Virus record (IMG/VR): IMGVR_UViG_3300037067_008064
Span: 128,001 to 192,000 of that record
Strand: one strand, 5' to 3'
Length of the DNA: 64,000 nucleotides
Source: a virus
Lineage: Duplodnaviria > Heunggongvirae > Uroviricota > Caudoviricetes
In this document: positions 18,889 through 28,815 of the stretch, piece after piece
Position numbering within the stretch: the first letter of the stretch is position 1
Layout of the letters: each line of letters starts with the position of its first letter
Program-made: the position numbers and the translations under genes
The notes under the pieces: generated by a model
Seen by the model: only the letters and a program-made list of their open reading frames with translations
Database searches by the model: none
What the model was told of the DNA's origin: nothing

Positions 18889-20829
18889 TTATTTTTTAAA
18901 TTTATTATAAAATTCTTTATAAGTAAATACTGGTATACCTTTTTCAGCAGCTTTATTCATTTTAGATGTCATAGACTCCAAAGAATCAGTAATTAAGTAA
19001 TTGCAATTTTTATCAGAAACTGAATCTACTTTAATTACATTTTCAAATTGTTCAGCAAATTTATCTTTAGTTTCCCAATTAGGTTTTGGAGAACCTGTCA
19101 TACAAATATAAATTTTATCTTCTATATTATTTTGGGTAACTTCAATATTAGTTCCTGGGCGCACCACAGTGATACCGCATGCGTTCAGAATGGCTATTTT
19201 ACCGAGGATTGTGTTTCTTATATCTTCACTATTTAACAAAGCTACAAGTGACCTGTCATGTCCTGACCAAGAATATTCAACATCATTATGATAATTAGAA
19301 ATTTCTTTTGCTAAACTTTTTCCAACATTATCTAATCCTAACATTAAAATAACTTGGTCATAAGTAACAGATTCAATTCCATTAAATACATTCATGAAAA
19401 TTTCATGAGACCTTGAGCCATGTTTAAACCCATATTTTTCAATTTCTTTCTTTTCATTACCATTCTTACGAACCCAATAAATAAGGTCTGCTAAATTCAT
19501 AAAATCAGCAACAAATAATTGTAATGTAGCTGGCCCAATACCTTTAAGCTTTAATTTTCTAAAGCTTGATAAAAGTCTCTTACCAATCTTTCCACCACAT
19601 TCTTCATTGGTACACATTAAATGTATACCATCCATTGTTAATGGTGAATCACATGAAGGACAAATTTCAGGTACTTTAAATACTAAAGGTGAAGGACTTT
19701 TAATTTCTTGTACTTCAGGAATAATATCACCGGCTTTAGCAACGGAAACAACTGCTCCTGGCCCAATTTGATTATCAATTACATATCCTGCATTATATCC
19801 AGATGCACGTTTAACAGTTGTACCTGCTAATCTTACTGGATTCAATAAAAGAACAGGAGTTAGTTCACCGGTTTTACCTACATACCATTTAACATCATTA
19901 ACGGTTGTAACCACTTCCTCAGGTATAAACTTAATAGCTATAGCCCATTCAGGGTCGTGGTCATTTTCACCTAACATATGACGGTATTCAACAGGAAAAG
20001 ATATAACAATACCATCTAATTGATATTTATTCATATCCCTTAGTTCTATATATTTTTCAACTATTGCTTCATAAGTATCTGAAAGAAATGATTCATAAAT
20101 ATTATCGTTACACCCATCCATATTAAATGATTCATCTTTAAACCATGATGGTGGTAAATGTATACCATCCAAAATAAAATGAACTGGTCTAAGAACCAAA
20201 TCATGACATACATTTAAATCCATATCATCTGTGTGTAATACACCAGATACAAAGTTACGTGGGTTTTCATATTTTTCAGAATATTTTTCTTCAAATATAT
20301 CCTTATCAACTACTACTTCACAACGTATTTCCAATGTTGAATCTTCTCTAACATTTGGTATTTCATTCCAAATTTTATTAGGTACCAAGTCTTTTAATTG
20401 AGCTGTAACATCTTTACCATGACTCTCGTCATGACGTGTAAGTATATTAAATAAGGTTAATTCCTTTTTAGAATCTGCTTTATAAATAAGGTTAGTAGCA
20501 CTTCCATCAAATTTTGGAGCTGCCATCAACATTGCATAAGGTATTCCTAACTTATTAATTCTTTTAGTATACCATTTAATAAATTCATCCTTCATATTGT
20601 TGCCTTCTTCCATTTGAAGTTTATTCAAAGAAAGCATAAGAGTAGGATGATTAAAAGTATAATCATTTGACCTTGTACCAACCTGCTTAATAACTTTTGA
20701 ATTATTATCTTTCAATAATTTTTCTAAAGCATCAAATACAGAATCAGATACAAGAGGTTTACCTATATAATAAGCAAACTTATACTTAAGATATTGGTTT
20801 TCTAATTCTTTTAAAGTTTTGTTATCCAT
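18889..20829 (-). CDS. ligA: NAD-dependent DNA ligase
   Basis: MLSLNK, KFDG, LDGIV, WAIAIKF, GKTGELTP, AGDIIP, Zn finger, BRCT. Confidence 0.95.
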   Translation of the reverse strand: MDNKTLKELENQYLKYKFAYYIGKPLVSDSVFDALEKLLKDNNSKVIKQVGTRSNDYTFNHPTLMLSLNKLQMEEGNNMKDEFIKWYTKRINKLGIPYAMLMAAPKFDGSATNLIYKADSKKELTLFNILTRHDESHGKDVTAQLKDLVPNKIWNEIPNVREDSTLEIRCEVVVDKDIFEEKYSEKYENPRNFVSGVLHTDDMDLNVCHDLVLRPVHFILDGIHLPPSWFKDESFNMDGCNDNIYESFLSDTYEAIVEKYIELRDMNKYQLDGIVISFPVEYRHMLGENDHDPEWAIAIKFIPEEVVTTVNDVKWYVGKTGELTPVLLLNPVRLAGTTVKRASGYNAGYVIDNQIGPGAVVSVAKAGDIIPEVQEIKSPSPLVFKVPEICPSCDSPLTMDGIHLMCTNEECGGKIGKRLLSSFRKLKLKGIGPATLQLFVADFMNLADLIYWVRKNGNEKKEIEKYGFKHGSRSHEIFMNVFNGIESVTYDQVILMLGLDNVGKSLAKEISNYHNDVEYSWSGHDRSLVALLNSEDIRNTILGKIAILNACGITVVRPGTNIEVTQNNIEDKIYICMTGSPKPNWETKDKFAEQFENVIKVDSVSDKNCNYLITDSLESMTSKMNKAAEKGIPVFTYKEFYNKFKK

Positions 20830-20851
20830 TAAGTTATCAATTTTTATAATA

Positions 20852-20906
20852 CAAATATAACCATAAGTATTAATATGGTAAGGTATCTAATGTTAAATTA
20901 TGTTAA
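20852..20906 (-). promoter_or_regulatory. Bacteroidota-type promoter (TATATTTG) with two upstream TTAACA repeats
   Basis: TAnnTTTG at 20852-20859; TTAACA pair with 10-bp period, 31 nt upstream. Confidence 0.6.
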
Positions 20907-20907
20907 A

Positions 20908-21060
20908 TTATGCCCAAAAAAAGGTATATATTTCAGTATCAATAAGATCTCTTCTTCTTTTTTTATTAAGGATCCTTTTGATTCTTTTTTTAAGTTTTCT
21001 GTTTTTCCTTTTATTCTTAACATATTTGCACTGTTTACAGTGACAAACCTTAATCTTCAT
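20908..21060 (-). CDS. Small highly basic Cys-motif protein (50 aa, not in ORF track)
   Basis: MKIKVCHCKQCKYVKNKRKNRKLKKRIKRILNKKRRRDLIDTEIYTFFWA; has its own promoter-like element upstream. Confidence 0.6.
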   Translation of the reverse strand: MKIKVCHCKQCKYVKNKRKNRKLKKRIKRILNKKRRRDLIDTEIYTFFWA

Positions 21061-21134
21061 AGGTATTTTATAATTTTATTTGGCTAAATTAACTATAATA
21101 ATTTAATTACAAAAATATTTTATGTTAAAAAATG

Positions 21135-22001
21135 TTAAAAATATTTATTGGCTATTGGTATTAAGGTTTCTAAATTTTTAACCCTATCTTCCAATTTTTC
21201 TATTTCATCTCTTTGAAATTTAATAGTAGCTAGTAATAAAGCCGATAATCCATTATATAAAATATATTGTGGATTTTCTTTATTATCAACTAATTCAGGA
21301 ATTACTTTTGCAACATCTTCAGCTATAAGACCATATTCAATATTTTTATTTAATTTATTATAATATGTGACCGGTTGTAGAGAATAAGTTTTATATGGAT
21401 TAATATTATTTTTAATATTTTTCTTATTTTTCTTTGATGAATTAGTTTTAAAACTAGTTGCTGATATGCTTCCAGCTACTTCTAATAAATTATCTGTTGG
21501 AATTTTTCCAATTCCAACTTTTCCATTTTCATCTATAATTAAATTAAATTGATTATAAGACCCCGATGTTATTCCAAATATTGGTCTATTTTTAAGTGAT
21601 GTATTATCTGCACTTCTGCCATCAATAATTACAACAGGTATGTTGGACCATTCATTATTCCCAGCCTTACCAACTAAATAAAGACCCGCATCTGTTTCAT
21701 TATATCCTCTACCTATTATTTCCGGTATAAACCCATTTATCGTACCATTACCAAAAGATAATCCATAAGATGAATCCCCAATATGAAATACAGTTTTATG
21801 TTCATCTTTATTAAGTTGAATATCATATTTATTAACAACTTTAATAAATTTACTATTTGGAACCCACTCTAATTCCTTATTTTTATTTAATGTTAAAATT
21901 ATTGGTTCATTAATATATTCAGGAAGTTGTGGAGTTACATCATAAATTCTATTTTTTTTAGAAAATTTAATCTGTTTAAAAATTACTTCTCCGTCATTCA
22001 T
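21135..22001 (-). CDS. Tail-fibre-related protein with C-terminal intramolecular chaperone (peptidase S74)
   Basis: GKVGIGK...SSKKNKKNI...LQPVTY...YGLIAEDVAKVIPELV, then coiled coil. Confidence 0.8.
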   Translation of the reverse strand: MNDGEVIFKQIKFSKKNRIYDVTPQLPEYINEPIILTLNKNKELEWVPNSKFIKVVNKYDIQLNKDEHKTVFHIGDSSYGLSFGNGTINGFIPEIIGRGYNETDAGLYLVGKAGNNEWSNIPVVIIDGRSADNTSLKNRPIFGITSGSYNQFNLIIDENGKVGIGKIPTDNLLEVAGSISATSFKTNSSKKNKKNIKNNINPYKTYSLQPVTYYNKLNKNIEYGLIAEDVAKVIPELVDNKENPQYILYNGLSALLLATIKFQRDEIEKLEDRVKNLETLIPIANKYF

Positions 22002-22774
22002 ATACTAGTTTTTATTTTTTTTGGCCTGCCCCTTTTCTTTTTAAGTCCACCATTTTTTTCATGCCATGTTTTTTTGATATCTCTTAAATTCTTACAAATT
22101 TCATAAGATTCAGATTTAATAAAAGTATCAATTAATTGATCTATAAAATAATCAGCATTTTCTTCACCTATAACTATTACCATATTTTGATTTTCAAAAA
22201 TAGTAAATGGTTTTTCTGTTTTAAAATTTTTATCTAAGTATGCATATACCCTATCTGCAAATGGTTTAAATACATTATCAGAATAAAATATATCTGTTTG
22301 TTTTTTAGGATTAAATTCAAAGATCATTCTTTTATCATTGGTTGGCCCAATAGTATTTAATACAATAATATTTTCCGGTGAATTTACATTATTATTTGCT
22401 TGTTTATCAATATTAACTATTTCTAATGCAACTGAATCAATAAAATTATGTAAATCTATTCTAAATTTATTATAATCATTTTGAATCATATCATCTGTTA
22501 ATTTCCATTCTGGATTTAATTCAGAATCATGTAAAAATAAAATATGTGAATATACATAAGATTCAATAACTTCTGACCCTAATCTATTATAAGTATCATC
22601 TGAAATTGGAATATTTTCTCCCCAAACACACCAAGTATTTGGTATTTGATATAATCTTTTAGTTTTAATTATTTCTTCTTCTTTAAAAACATGAAGAATT
22701 TCTTCATCTGTAAAAACTAATCCAGATGATTTATATTCTTCCAAAACACCACTTCCATATAATATAACAGCCAT
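21998..22774 (-). CDS. Hypothetical protein with UVR-like motif and C-terminal AT-hook
   Basis: ESYEICKNLRD; KKRGRPKK. Confidence 0.6.
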   Translation of the reverse strand: MAVILYGSGVLEEYKSSGLVFTDEEILHVFKEEEIIKTKRLYQIPNTWCVWGENIPISDDTYNRLGSEVIESYVYSHILFLHDSELNPEWKLTDDMIQNDYNKFRIDLHNFIDSVALEIVNIDKQANNNVNSPENIIVLNTIGPTNDKRMIFEFNPKKQTDIFYSDNVFKPFADRVYAYLDKNFKTEKPFTIFENQNMVIVIGEENADYFIDQLIDTFIKSESYEICKNLRDIKKTWHEKNGGLKKKRGRPKKIKTSI

Positions 22775-22783
22775 TTTAGTAAA

Positions 22784-23872
22784 TTATTTTTCAAATCTTT
22801 TTAGAGCATTCATTGTTATAAAAACATATTGTACATTTCCAATGAAATCATTTAGGGTTTTAGAATTAGTGTAACTCATTGCTGACCTTAAATAATCTTT
22901 AAAATTTTCTGTCCATTGTGATAATGTATATTCTACTTTTTGATATTTAGTAATACCTTCCGCAGTTACTAGTTCTGTTTTTCCCCAATGTCTTTGTACT
23001 TCCTTAGTACTCATTCCTCTATATTTCTTCTTTATTGGAAAATCCCATGTCCATAATTTATTTGCCATTTTATTATTTATTCGAATTTTAAAAAGATAGT
23101 TATACCCAGCACTTTCTATTGCTTTATTAAAAATGGAACCGGCCATCACAAAATCTGCACCTAAAGCCAATGCTTTAATTATATCAGAATAATTTTTCAT
23201 TCCTCCATCTACAACAATTTTAGTATTTAAATTTTCTTCTATTTTAATATCATGGCATTCTTTAATAAGAGAACCCATCGGATAATTAATTGAAACATTA
23301 GCTGCAGTTGTACATCCAGCACCTGAACCTATTGAGATACGAACAAAATCTGCGCCCGCTTTAGAAAGAATTTTATATGTAGCTGGATTTGCAATATTAC
23401 CAACCATTATAATTTTATTTGGAAAATATAATTTAATTTTTTTAATAAGAGGAACTAATTTAGTCATATGACCATTAGCTATATCTATTAAAATATTAGG
23501 ATGTTTATAAAAAACATCATCACTAGATGGCATATATTGAATAATAGGTAATTTTGGATTTAATATTTCAAACCATTCTAAATCTTTTTCTATTTCATTT
23601 AATCCAAATGAATGAAATATATATTTTTCTAAGAAACTATATTCTTGTTTATATTTATGTACGCCTCTTGGCAAACAAGCAATAATTGAATTATCATAAT
23701 AATCTGTTAAATTATGAGCATCAACAACAGTATCCATTGGAGCTGCCATAATTGGCAAAAATGCGTGTTCATTAAATTCTAAAAATATATTGCATTCTTT
23801 TCTACTTTCTATATTAGTTTGAGTTTCTGGTATTAATGTTATATCTTCTAAATCAAATTTTAAATCTTTCAT
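22784..23872 (-). CDS. guaC: GMP reductase / IMPDH family
   Basis: AAPMDTV, IDIANGH, SIGSGAGCTT, DGG, YRGMST, LRSAMSY. Confidence 0.85.
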   Translation of the reverse strand: MKDLKFDLEDITLIPETQTNIESRKECNIFLEFNEHAFLPIMAAPMDTVVDAHNLTDYYDNSIIACLPRGVHKYKQEYSFLEKYIFHSFGLNEIEKDLEWFEILNPKLPIIQYMPSSDDVFYKHPNILIDIANGHMTKLVPLIKKIKLYFPNKIIMVGNIANPATYKILSKAGADFVRISIGSGAGCTTAANVSINYPMGSLIKECHDIKIEENLNTKIVVDGGMKNYSDIIKALALGADFVMAGSIFNKAIESAGYNYLFKIRINNKMANKLWTWDFPIKKKYRGMSTKEVQRHWGKTELVTAEGITKYQKVEYTLSQWTENFKDYLRSAMSYTNSKTLNDFIGNVQYVFITMNALKRFEK

Positions 23873-23899
23873 ATGTTAAATATTATTTACAAGTATTAT

Positions 23900-23939
23900 A
23901 AAAACAAAAGCACTCAAAGTTTTGAGTGCTTTTGTTTTT
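23900..23939. terminator. Intrinsic terminator hairpin, overlapping an AAAACTT promoter motif
   Basis: aaaaacaaaagcactcaaa / tttgagtgcttttgttttt perfect inverted repeat. Confidence 0.8.
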
Positions 23940-23955
23940 TGTTAAAATGATTTAT

Positions 23956-24615
23956 TTAGTATCTCGCTGGAAAGTTTTTAGCAGTTTTAATTGCTTCTTC
24001 TTTATCTTTAGCTAATTCTTCTTTTGATTTAACTTCTATAGGTTTTAATACTGTTGGTTCTTCTTTTGATTTAACTTCTATAGGTTTTAATACTGTTGGT
24101 TCTTCTTTTTTAGGTTGTTCTTTTTTCACAATTTCTTGTTTTTTAGGTTCTTCTTCCTTTTTAGCAATAATAATTTCATTAGGTTTCTTTTCTTGTTTAT
24201 CTCTAACAGCTACTATTGCTTTTTTCAAAGTTTCTTTTGTTAATACTATTTCTTTAGAACGCATTGAAACACTTCTCCATGCTTGTTTTTTTAAATCAAA
24301 AAAGGTTGCAACCTTTTTTGATGATGGCCTTATTCCTTTTGGATGATCTTTTCCGGGAATTTTTTCCATAACAGTTGTACCAGTAGCAGGTCTTATTTCA
24401 CCATTTAATTTAATGAATTCGAATTCAACTATTTTAGTGTGTAATAATTTTCTTAATTCAGGCACTGATATTGGTTCTCCATGTAACAAACCAGATTCAA
24501 ATAATTTATTATAAAAATATGACACTATATTAAAATTTTGTAAAGATTCACATATAACATTATTAAATAATATTTCCGAAATAATATTTTTTATTAATAT
24601 TTCTGTTCCTATCAT
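23956..24615 (-). CDS. SH3-fold (WYL_2/DUF2693-like) protein with low-complexity tail
   Basis: VEFEFIKLNGEIRPATGTT...FFDLKKQAWRS. Confidence 0.75.
   Translation of the reverse strand: MIGTEILIKNIISEILFNNVICESLQNFNIVSYFYNKLFESGLLHGEPISVPELRKLLHTKIVEFEFIKLNGEIRPATGTTVMEKIPGKDHPKGIRPSSKKVATFFDLKKQAWRSVSMRSKEIVLTKETLKKAIVAVRDKQEKKPNEIIIAKKEEEPKKQEIVKKEQPKKEEPTVLKPIEVKSKEEPTVLKPIEVKSKEELAKDKEEAIKTAKNFPARY
24016..24109. repeat. Perfect 42-bp tandem duplication (KEEPTVLKPIEVKS x2)
   Basis: Identical units at 24016-24057 and 24058-24099 plus a partial third. Confidence 0.9.
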
Positions 24616-25322
24616 TTTCTTTTTTTATGAGATTCGCTCATTTTTCTTTTAGTTTCTTCAGAATGATGCTTTCCAATTAATGACTTTGATATTTTTTGTT
24701 TTCTTTCCTCTGATAAAGATTTATAACTTTGTTTCATTTTTTCATTTGCAATATCAATTCCATATTTATTTATCCAAGTATTATATATTGATATACCATA
24801 CATTGGATTATTTTTCCCGGAAACATCGCGGTGATGTAATTTTATGTTTAATTTATGTTCTTCAGTTTTTGGTTTTTTCAATTTTTGCTTTGTTTCTTCT
24901 GAAATAAATTTATGTGATTTTTTCATTTTTTCAATAGATTCTGGTTTATGTTTGCACCCCGCAAAACAAAATCCCTTTCTTTGATTAGGCAAAAATCTAT
25001 TATATCCATTAGGTATCAATGTATTATAAAATTTAATATAATATGTTTCTGCATTCAATAAATCTAATTTATTATTATAAAATTTAATAATTTGCTTTTC
25101 GAAATTTTCTATTCCATAAATTTTATAATCATTATTTAAATATTCACTTGAACCCATATATTTATCATTAATAATGTTTTTACAAATATGACTTCCTACA
25201 TATTGTTTATTTAAAATTTTATTTGTAATAATATAAACATAATAATACTGACCAACTGATTCATCAATTGAATTACCAAAATATTCTTCATTAATTATAT
25301 TTTTAAATTGAATTTCAGTCAT
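24612..25322 (-). CDS. GIY-YIG (Seg-like) homing endonuclease with NUMOD3
   Basis: YVYIITNKILNKQYVGSH...YMGSS...E...GYN; HSEETKRKMS. Confidence 0.9.
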   Translation of the reverse strand: MTEIQFKNIINEEYFGNSIDESVGQYYYVYIITNKILNKQYVGSHICKNIINDKYMGSSEYLNNDYKIYGIENFEKQIIKFYNNKLDLLNAETYYIKFYNTLIPNGYNRFLPNQRKGFCFAGCKHKPESIEKMKKSHKFISEETKQKLKKPKTEEHKLNIKLHHRDVSGKNNPMYGISIYNTWINKYGIDIANEKMKQSYKSLSEERKQKISKSLIGKHHSEETKRKMSESHKKRK

Positions 25323-25589
25323 TTAAATTATTAGTTGTATTTTATATGAAGGATATCCTTCACCATCTTCTGGATTATAATAATTATGAAATATTTTCCA
25401 ATAATCATTTCCATCGTCATCTATAGCAATATCTGTATATTCATTTTCTAGTGAATCTGCCCAATCTTCTGCTTCTTTTTCACTATTAAATTTTTGTTTA
25501 ACAATTATTTCTTCATCGCCATAATCAAAAAATATAACTTCATATTTATTATTAAAATTATTAATATTTTCTCTTACTAGTTTTTTCAT
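25323..25589 (-). CDS. Hypothetical protein with KLVREN leader (start revised)
   Basis: MKKLVRENIN from the ATG at 25589. Confidence 0.6.
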   Translation of the reverse strand: MKKLVRENINNFNNKYEVIFFDYGDEEIIVKQKFNSEKEAEDWADSLENEYTDIAIDDDGNDYWKIFHNYYNPEDGEGYPSYKIQLII

Positions 25590-25596
25590 ATTACAG

Positions 25597-26163
25597 TTAA
25601 ATTTTACTTGCAGACATAATAATTCCATAAAGAATATTCTTAAAAGTTTCCCAAGGCATATATTCTTCTATCTTTTCTTTACCAATTAATCTTTTAATTT
25701 CTATTTGTTTTTTCCAAACATCACCAGTGACTTGACCTTCTGAATAAATTGCATATTTTTTACTATAAGCTTTAGGACTTCTTATTTTTAATTGTCTTTT
25801 GGTAATACCATTATCTTCTAAACAATCTATAGCTAATTGTATTTGGTCATCATTAAATTGATTTTGACCACGAGGATTTGGCAACCACTCATGTACATCA
25901 TCTACATCAATATCTAAACCTTTATATTCTAAATCTTCTTCCATTGGTTTAACCATTTCATTTACTTTATTTTTCTTTATAAATTTAGATGATTTATTTT
26001 CTTCAATCATTTCTTCAATGTCAAACATTCTTGCACAGTGTTGAATAAATTCATGTAAATCATCTGCACTCCAATATTGTTGTAATTCATTTACTAATTC
26101 TTTATCACCTATATATTCTCTAAGTTGTTCAAATTGTTCATAAATAAAAGTATAATTTGCCAT
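25597..26163 (-). CDS. Hypothetical multi-module protein
   Basis: Late promoter at 26182; linkers MIEE and KVNE. Confidence 0.6.
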   Translation of the reverse strand: MANYTFIYEQFEQLREYIGDKELVNELQQYWSADDLHEFIQHCARMFDIEEMIEENKSSKFIKKNKVNEMVKPMEEDLEYKGLDIDVDDVHEWLPNPRGQNQFNDDQIQLAIDCLEDNGITKRQLKIRSPKAYSKKYAIYSEGQVTGDVWKKQIEIKRLIGKEKIEEYMPWETFKNILYGIIMSASKI

Positions 26164-26198
26164 AATTTTAAATTATTTTTATTATATATTCCTAAATA

Positions 26199-26232
26199 AA
26201 AATGAGCTTGTGTAAGTGCACAAGCTCATTTT
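26199..26232. terminator. Intrinsic terminator after nrdJ
   Basis: aaaatgagcttgtg-taagtg-cacaagctcatttt. Confidence 0.85.
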
Positions 26233-26254
26233 AAACAATAATTTTTATAAAATT

Positions 26255-28765
26255 TTAACTACATAATGAATATGGGCAATCTTCACAATGGACGCATCCT
26301 TCTGATCTAATTAATTTTCCACCACAATCAGGGCATGTTTCATTAAGTACTTTATCTTCTATATATTTGGATAAAATTCTTCTAACTGCTGAAGAAAAAG
26401 AAGAAATGTTTTCATCAACTTTTTTGGTTACTTCTATAATATATTCAACCGGTGCACCGTGTCTTAATAACATAGATATAAAGATTGTGTGTGAACGTTC
26501 TTCAATTAATTCTGCTGCTAAATGTATATTCTCAATATATTTATTATCATCCGAAACAAAATCATAATATCCTTTTCTAATTCTAATAATTTTACCTTTA
26601 CATTGAGAATTAATAGATGGGTTTTCAAATGCAAAAGTTTCATAAGGTTTATTATCAAGTAGTCCTACAATAACTGCAAACTTTCTTCCTTTTGCATTAG
26701 CAATATAATAATCAGCATTTAATACTTTTGGTCTTTTTGGAGCATTGTGTTGTACAAATTCTTCATTTTTAGTTTCATTGTTATTAACAAGTACCCCCAT
26801 TCTTGACCCATCTCTATATATAGTCGCTCCTTTACAACCAGATTTCCATGCTTCAAAATAAATTTTATTTACTTCATCTAACGTTACAGATTTTGGTAAA
26901 TTTGTTGTTACACTAATACTATGGTCAATCCATTTTTGAATATCTCCAACCATTTTAATTTTTTCAAGATAATCGATATCATGTGATTCTGAACCAGCCC
27001 ACGGAGAACTATCAACAATTTCTTGTAATTGTTCTTTAGATACATTAATAATATCAATCCCCTTCATATCAGCCCATACTTTAAATTTAGGATGAACCAC
27101 AGAATATTCTTCCCACCAATCCCCCTGTTGATCTTGAAATACAGCTTTATTTAAAGATTCAGATGGATTAATTTTTCTTCTTCTTTTGTGTGCTACACTA
27201 AAAATTGGTTCAATTCCACTTGTTGTTTGTGCTAACATAGATAATGAACCAGTTGGTGCAATTGCTAAATTTGCAATATTTCTTCTTCCATATTTACAAT
27301 ATGTTTGATATTCTTTATCATTTAATTGTGATATTATTCTTATAATAAATGGGTTTGAAGATTCTTTGTTTAAATTCCAGATTGGAAAACAGCCTCTTTC
27401 TTTAGCTAAAATAATAGATTCTTTATAAGATTCAACAGCTAAAATTTTCATTATGTTTTCAACATAGGTGGTTGCTTCTTTGGTTCCATATTTATATCCT
27501 AAAGCTGCTAACATATCAGCTTCTCCAAGTACGCCTAATCCTGTTCTACGACCATTTAAAAGTACCTCTTTTATTTTAATCCACATTTCATATTCAACAC
27601 GTCTAAATTCAATTGGTTCTTTATCTTTTTCAATTTTTTCAATAATCTTATTAATTTTTTCTTCTTCTAATGTTATTACATCATCCATAAAACGCTGTGA
27701 TAAATGTACAGTTTTTATAAATCTTTGATAGTTAAAAGAAGCTTTTTCTGTAAATGGGTCATCAACCATTGCATAAAGGTTAACAGACCCAAGACGACAT
27801 GAATCAAATGGTGATAATGGAATTTCACTACAAGGATTAGTACCTAATGTAATAAATCCTTCATTTGCATAACAATCGGCCGGGGATTCTCTAATAATTG
27901 TGTCCCAAAATAAAATCCCCGGTTCTGCATTTTTATGTGCTTGTTTTATAATTAAATCCCATAAATCTTTTGCTTTAACCTTTTTAACATATGAACCATC
28001 TTCTAATTTAATTAAATTATTATATGGTATAGATTCTTTTAGAATAGGTTGTTTATTAGTAGTTGGCCAATTTAATATAAAATCATCATGCATTTCAACT
28101 GCTTTCATAAATTCATCAGTTATTTTTACTGATATATTGGCTCCAGTTACTTTTGTTAAATCATCTTTCTTTAATATAAAATCTTGTATATCGATGTGAT
28201 GTACAGACATTGTTATCATAAGTGCACCCCTTCTTCCATCTTGGGCAACTTCACGAGTTGAATTTGAATATCGGTCAGCAAATGAAACAGCCCCAGTAGA
28301 TGTTTGTGCTGAATTATTTACAAATGAACCACATGGTCTAAGATTTTCTATTGTAATTCCAACACCACCCCTTCTTTTCATAAGCTGTACCATTTGTTCG
28401 TCAATTTGCATAATTGACCCATATGAATCATAACCATTATGAATAAAAAAACAATTACCCAAAGATGTTACTTGATAATTGTTTCCCACTCCAAATAAAA
28501 TAGAACCACCAAAAATAAAATTATTAAAATTTTTAATGGTATCATAAATTTCATTATATGATATTGGGTTATTATATTTTAATTCAATTCTTTCTATTTC
28601 CTTTGCTATTCTTTCTATAGTATTTTCTGGTGATAATTCTACAAATTTATTAAAATTTTTAAGTGCATATTTGGTTGTCCATACTGTTGCTGTTAATTCA
28701 TCTCCTTTAAAATATTCTATTGCTTTTTGTTTTACTTCTTCTTCATTATATCTTTCTTTCATCAT
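26255..28765 (-). CDS. nrdJ: Adenosylcobalamin-dependent (class II) ribonucleotide reductase
   Basis: SLGNCF, RRGALM, TNPCSE, IAPTGS, KGATIYRDGSR, C-terminal Zn ribbon. Confidence 0.92.
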   Translation of the reverse strand: MMKERYNEEEVKQKAIEYFKGDELTATVWTTKYALKNFNKFVELSPENTIERIAKEIERIELKYNNPISYNEIYDTIKNFNNFIFGGSILFGVGNNYQVTSLGNCFFIHNGYDSYGSIMQIDEQMVQLMKRRGGVGITIENLRPCGSFVNNSAQTSTGAVSFADRYSNSTREVAQDGRRGALMITMSVHHIDIQDFILKKDDLTKVTGANISVKITDEFMKAVEMHDDFILNWPTTNKQPILKESIPYNNLIKLEDGSYVKKVKAKDLWDLIIKQAHKNAEPGILFWDTIIRESPADCYANEGFITLGTNPCSEIPLSPFDSCRLGSVNLYAMVDDPFTEKASFNYQRFIKTVHLSQRFMDDVITLEEEKINKIIEKIEKDKEPIEFRRVEYEMWIKIKEVLLNGRRTGLGVLGEADMLAALGYKYGTKEATTYVENIMKILAVESYKESIILAKERGCFPIWNLNKESSNPFIIRIISQLNDKEYQTYCKYGRRNIANLAIAPTGSLSMLAQTTSGIEPIFSVAHKRRRKINPSESLNKAVFQDQQGDWWEEYSVVHPKFKVWADMKGIDIINVSKEQLQEIVDSSPWAGSESHDIDYLEKIKMVGDIQKWIDHSISVTTNLPKSVTLDEVNKIYFEAWKSGCKGATIYRDGSRMGVLVNNNETKNEEFVQHNAPKRPKVLNADYYIANAKGRKFAVIVGLLDNKPYETFAFENPSINSQCKGKIIRIRKGYYDFVSDDNKYIENIHLAAELIEERSHTIFISMLLRHGAPVEYIIEVTKKVDENISSFSSAVRRILSKYIEDKVLNETCPDCGGKLIRSEGCVHCEDCPYSLCS

Positions 28766-28815
28766 AAATCTTTACTTATTTTAATTGGATAGTATTTATT
28801 TGTTTTTAACATTCT

